From assembly GCA_963834385.1 (NCBI GenBank), contig CAWIBO010000002.1:832001-896000 (forward strand): a DNA stretch of 64,000 nt, in the 5' to 3' direction. A program made the translations under genes and the position numbers. Source of the stretch: an uncultured Verrucomicrobiae bacterium (GTDB lineage: Bacteria > Verrucomicrobiota > Verrucomicrobiia > Chthoniobacterales > UBA10450). The notes under the pieces were generated by a model. That model had not been told where the DNA came from. It did no database searches and saw only the letters and a list, made by a program, of their open reading frames with translations. The number at the start of each line of letters is the position of its first letter. Within the stretch, counting starts at the first letter, position 1. Shown piece by piece: positions 63,736 to 64,000 of this stretch.

Positions 63736-64000
63736 GCACCGTCCCTGCGCGCCAGCCCGTCCCCTTCGCCGCGCGCCCTCTGGCAGCGCCTGGTCGAGTT
63801 TGTGCGCGCGCTCGACACCGTGCACACGGTCTCGCTGCTGAGCCTCTTCCTCGCCATCATCTTCGGGTTCCAGCACTGGCTCTTCCAGATGGCGAGCTGG
63901 CTCTGTTTTTTCGTTTTCCTGCTCCACCCGATTGTCCTCCGCCGGGCGCTCTTCTGGTTCGCCATGGCCGGCGCCGGCAGCGTCGTCGTCTTTCTCGACT
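63732..64000 (+). CDS. Polytopic membrane protein, runs off the window; probable +1 frameshift near 63748 (or GTG start at 63802)
   Basis: ATGA overlap; open hydrophobic frame LWQRLVEFV..VSLLSLFLAIIFGFQHW..LCFFVFLLHP..LFWFAMAG. Confidence 0.55.
   Translation, partial: MSTVPARQPVPFAARPLAAPGRVCARARHRAHGLAAEPLPRHHLRVPALALPDGELALFFRFPAPPDCPPPGALLVRHGRRRQRRRLSR

Overview
High-GC bacterial chromosomal segment, inferred to be Verrucomicrobiota, probably Chthoniobacterales/Spartobacteria. The inference rests on an H-X9-DG pseudopilin, a large exported protein ending in 'N(I/L)S(T/S)R' domains, and the style of the OMP N-terminus. About 60 densely packed genes are mostly housekeeping (fumC, ldhA, gmhA, dinB, queE, hrpB, pdxH, cls, iscS, hisC, mnmE, pyrD, bioB, pheA-aroF, aguA, system II cytochrome c biogenesis), plus tRNA-Val(GAC), signalling genes and large exported proteins. 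I see no integrase, transposase, CRISPR array, rRNA or prophage. More than 20 small indels (mostly +1 in short G/C runs) split about 14 genes and look like read-consensus errors rather than true pseudogenes. Best leads: (1) an unannotated 212-aa protein that aligns by eye with eukaryotic vasohibin tubulin carboxypeptidases, with the Cys-His-Ser triad intact; (2) a REP doublet tandemly duplicated together with the 3' end of the adjacent gene; (3) a His-less HisKA-receiver protein coupled to pilT; (4) a double-domain KaiC-like ATPase coupled to a multi-PAS hybrid kinase; (5) a probable chorismate mutase-prephenate dehydratase-DAHP synthase triple fusion; (6) an unnamed ~50-aa module shared by two neighbouring exported proteins. 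All family calls come from manual motif recognition; no database searches were run.
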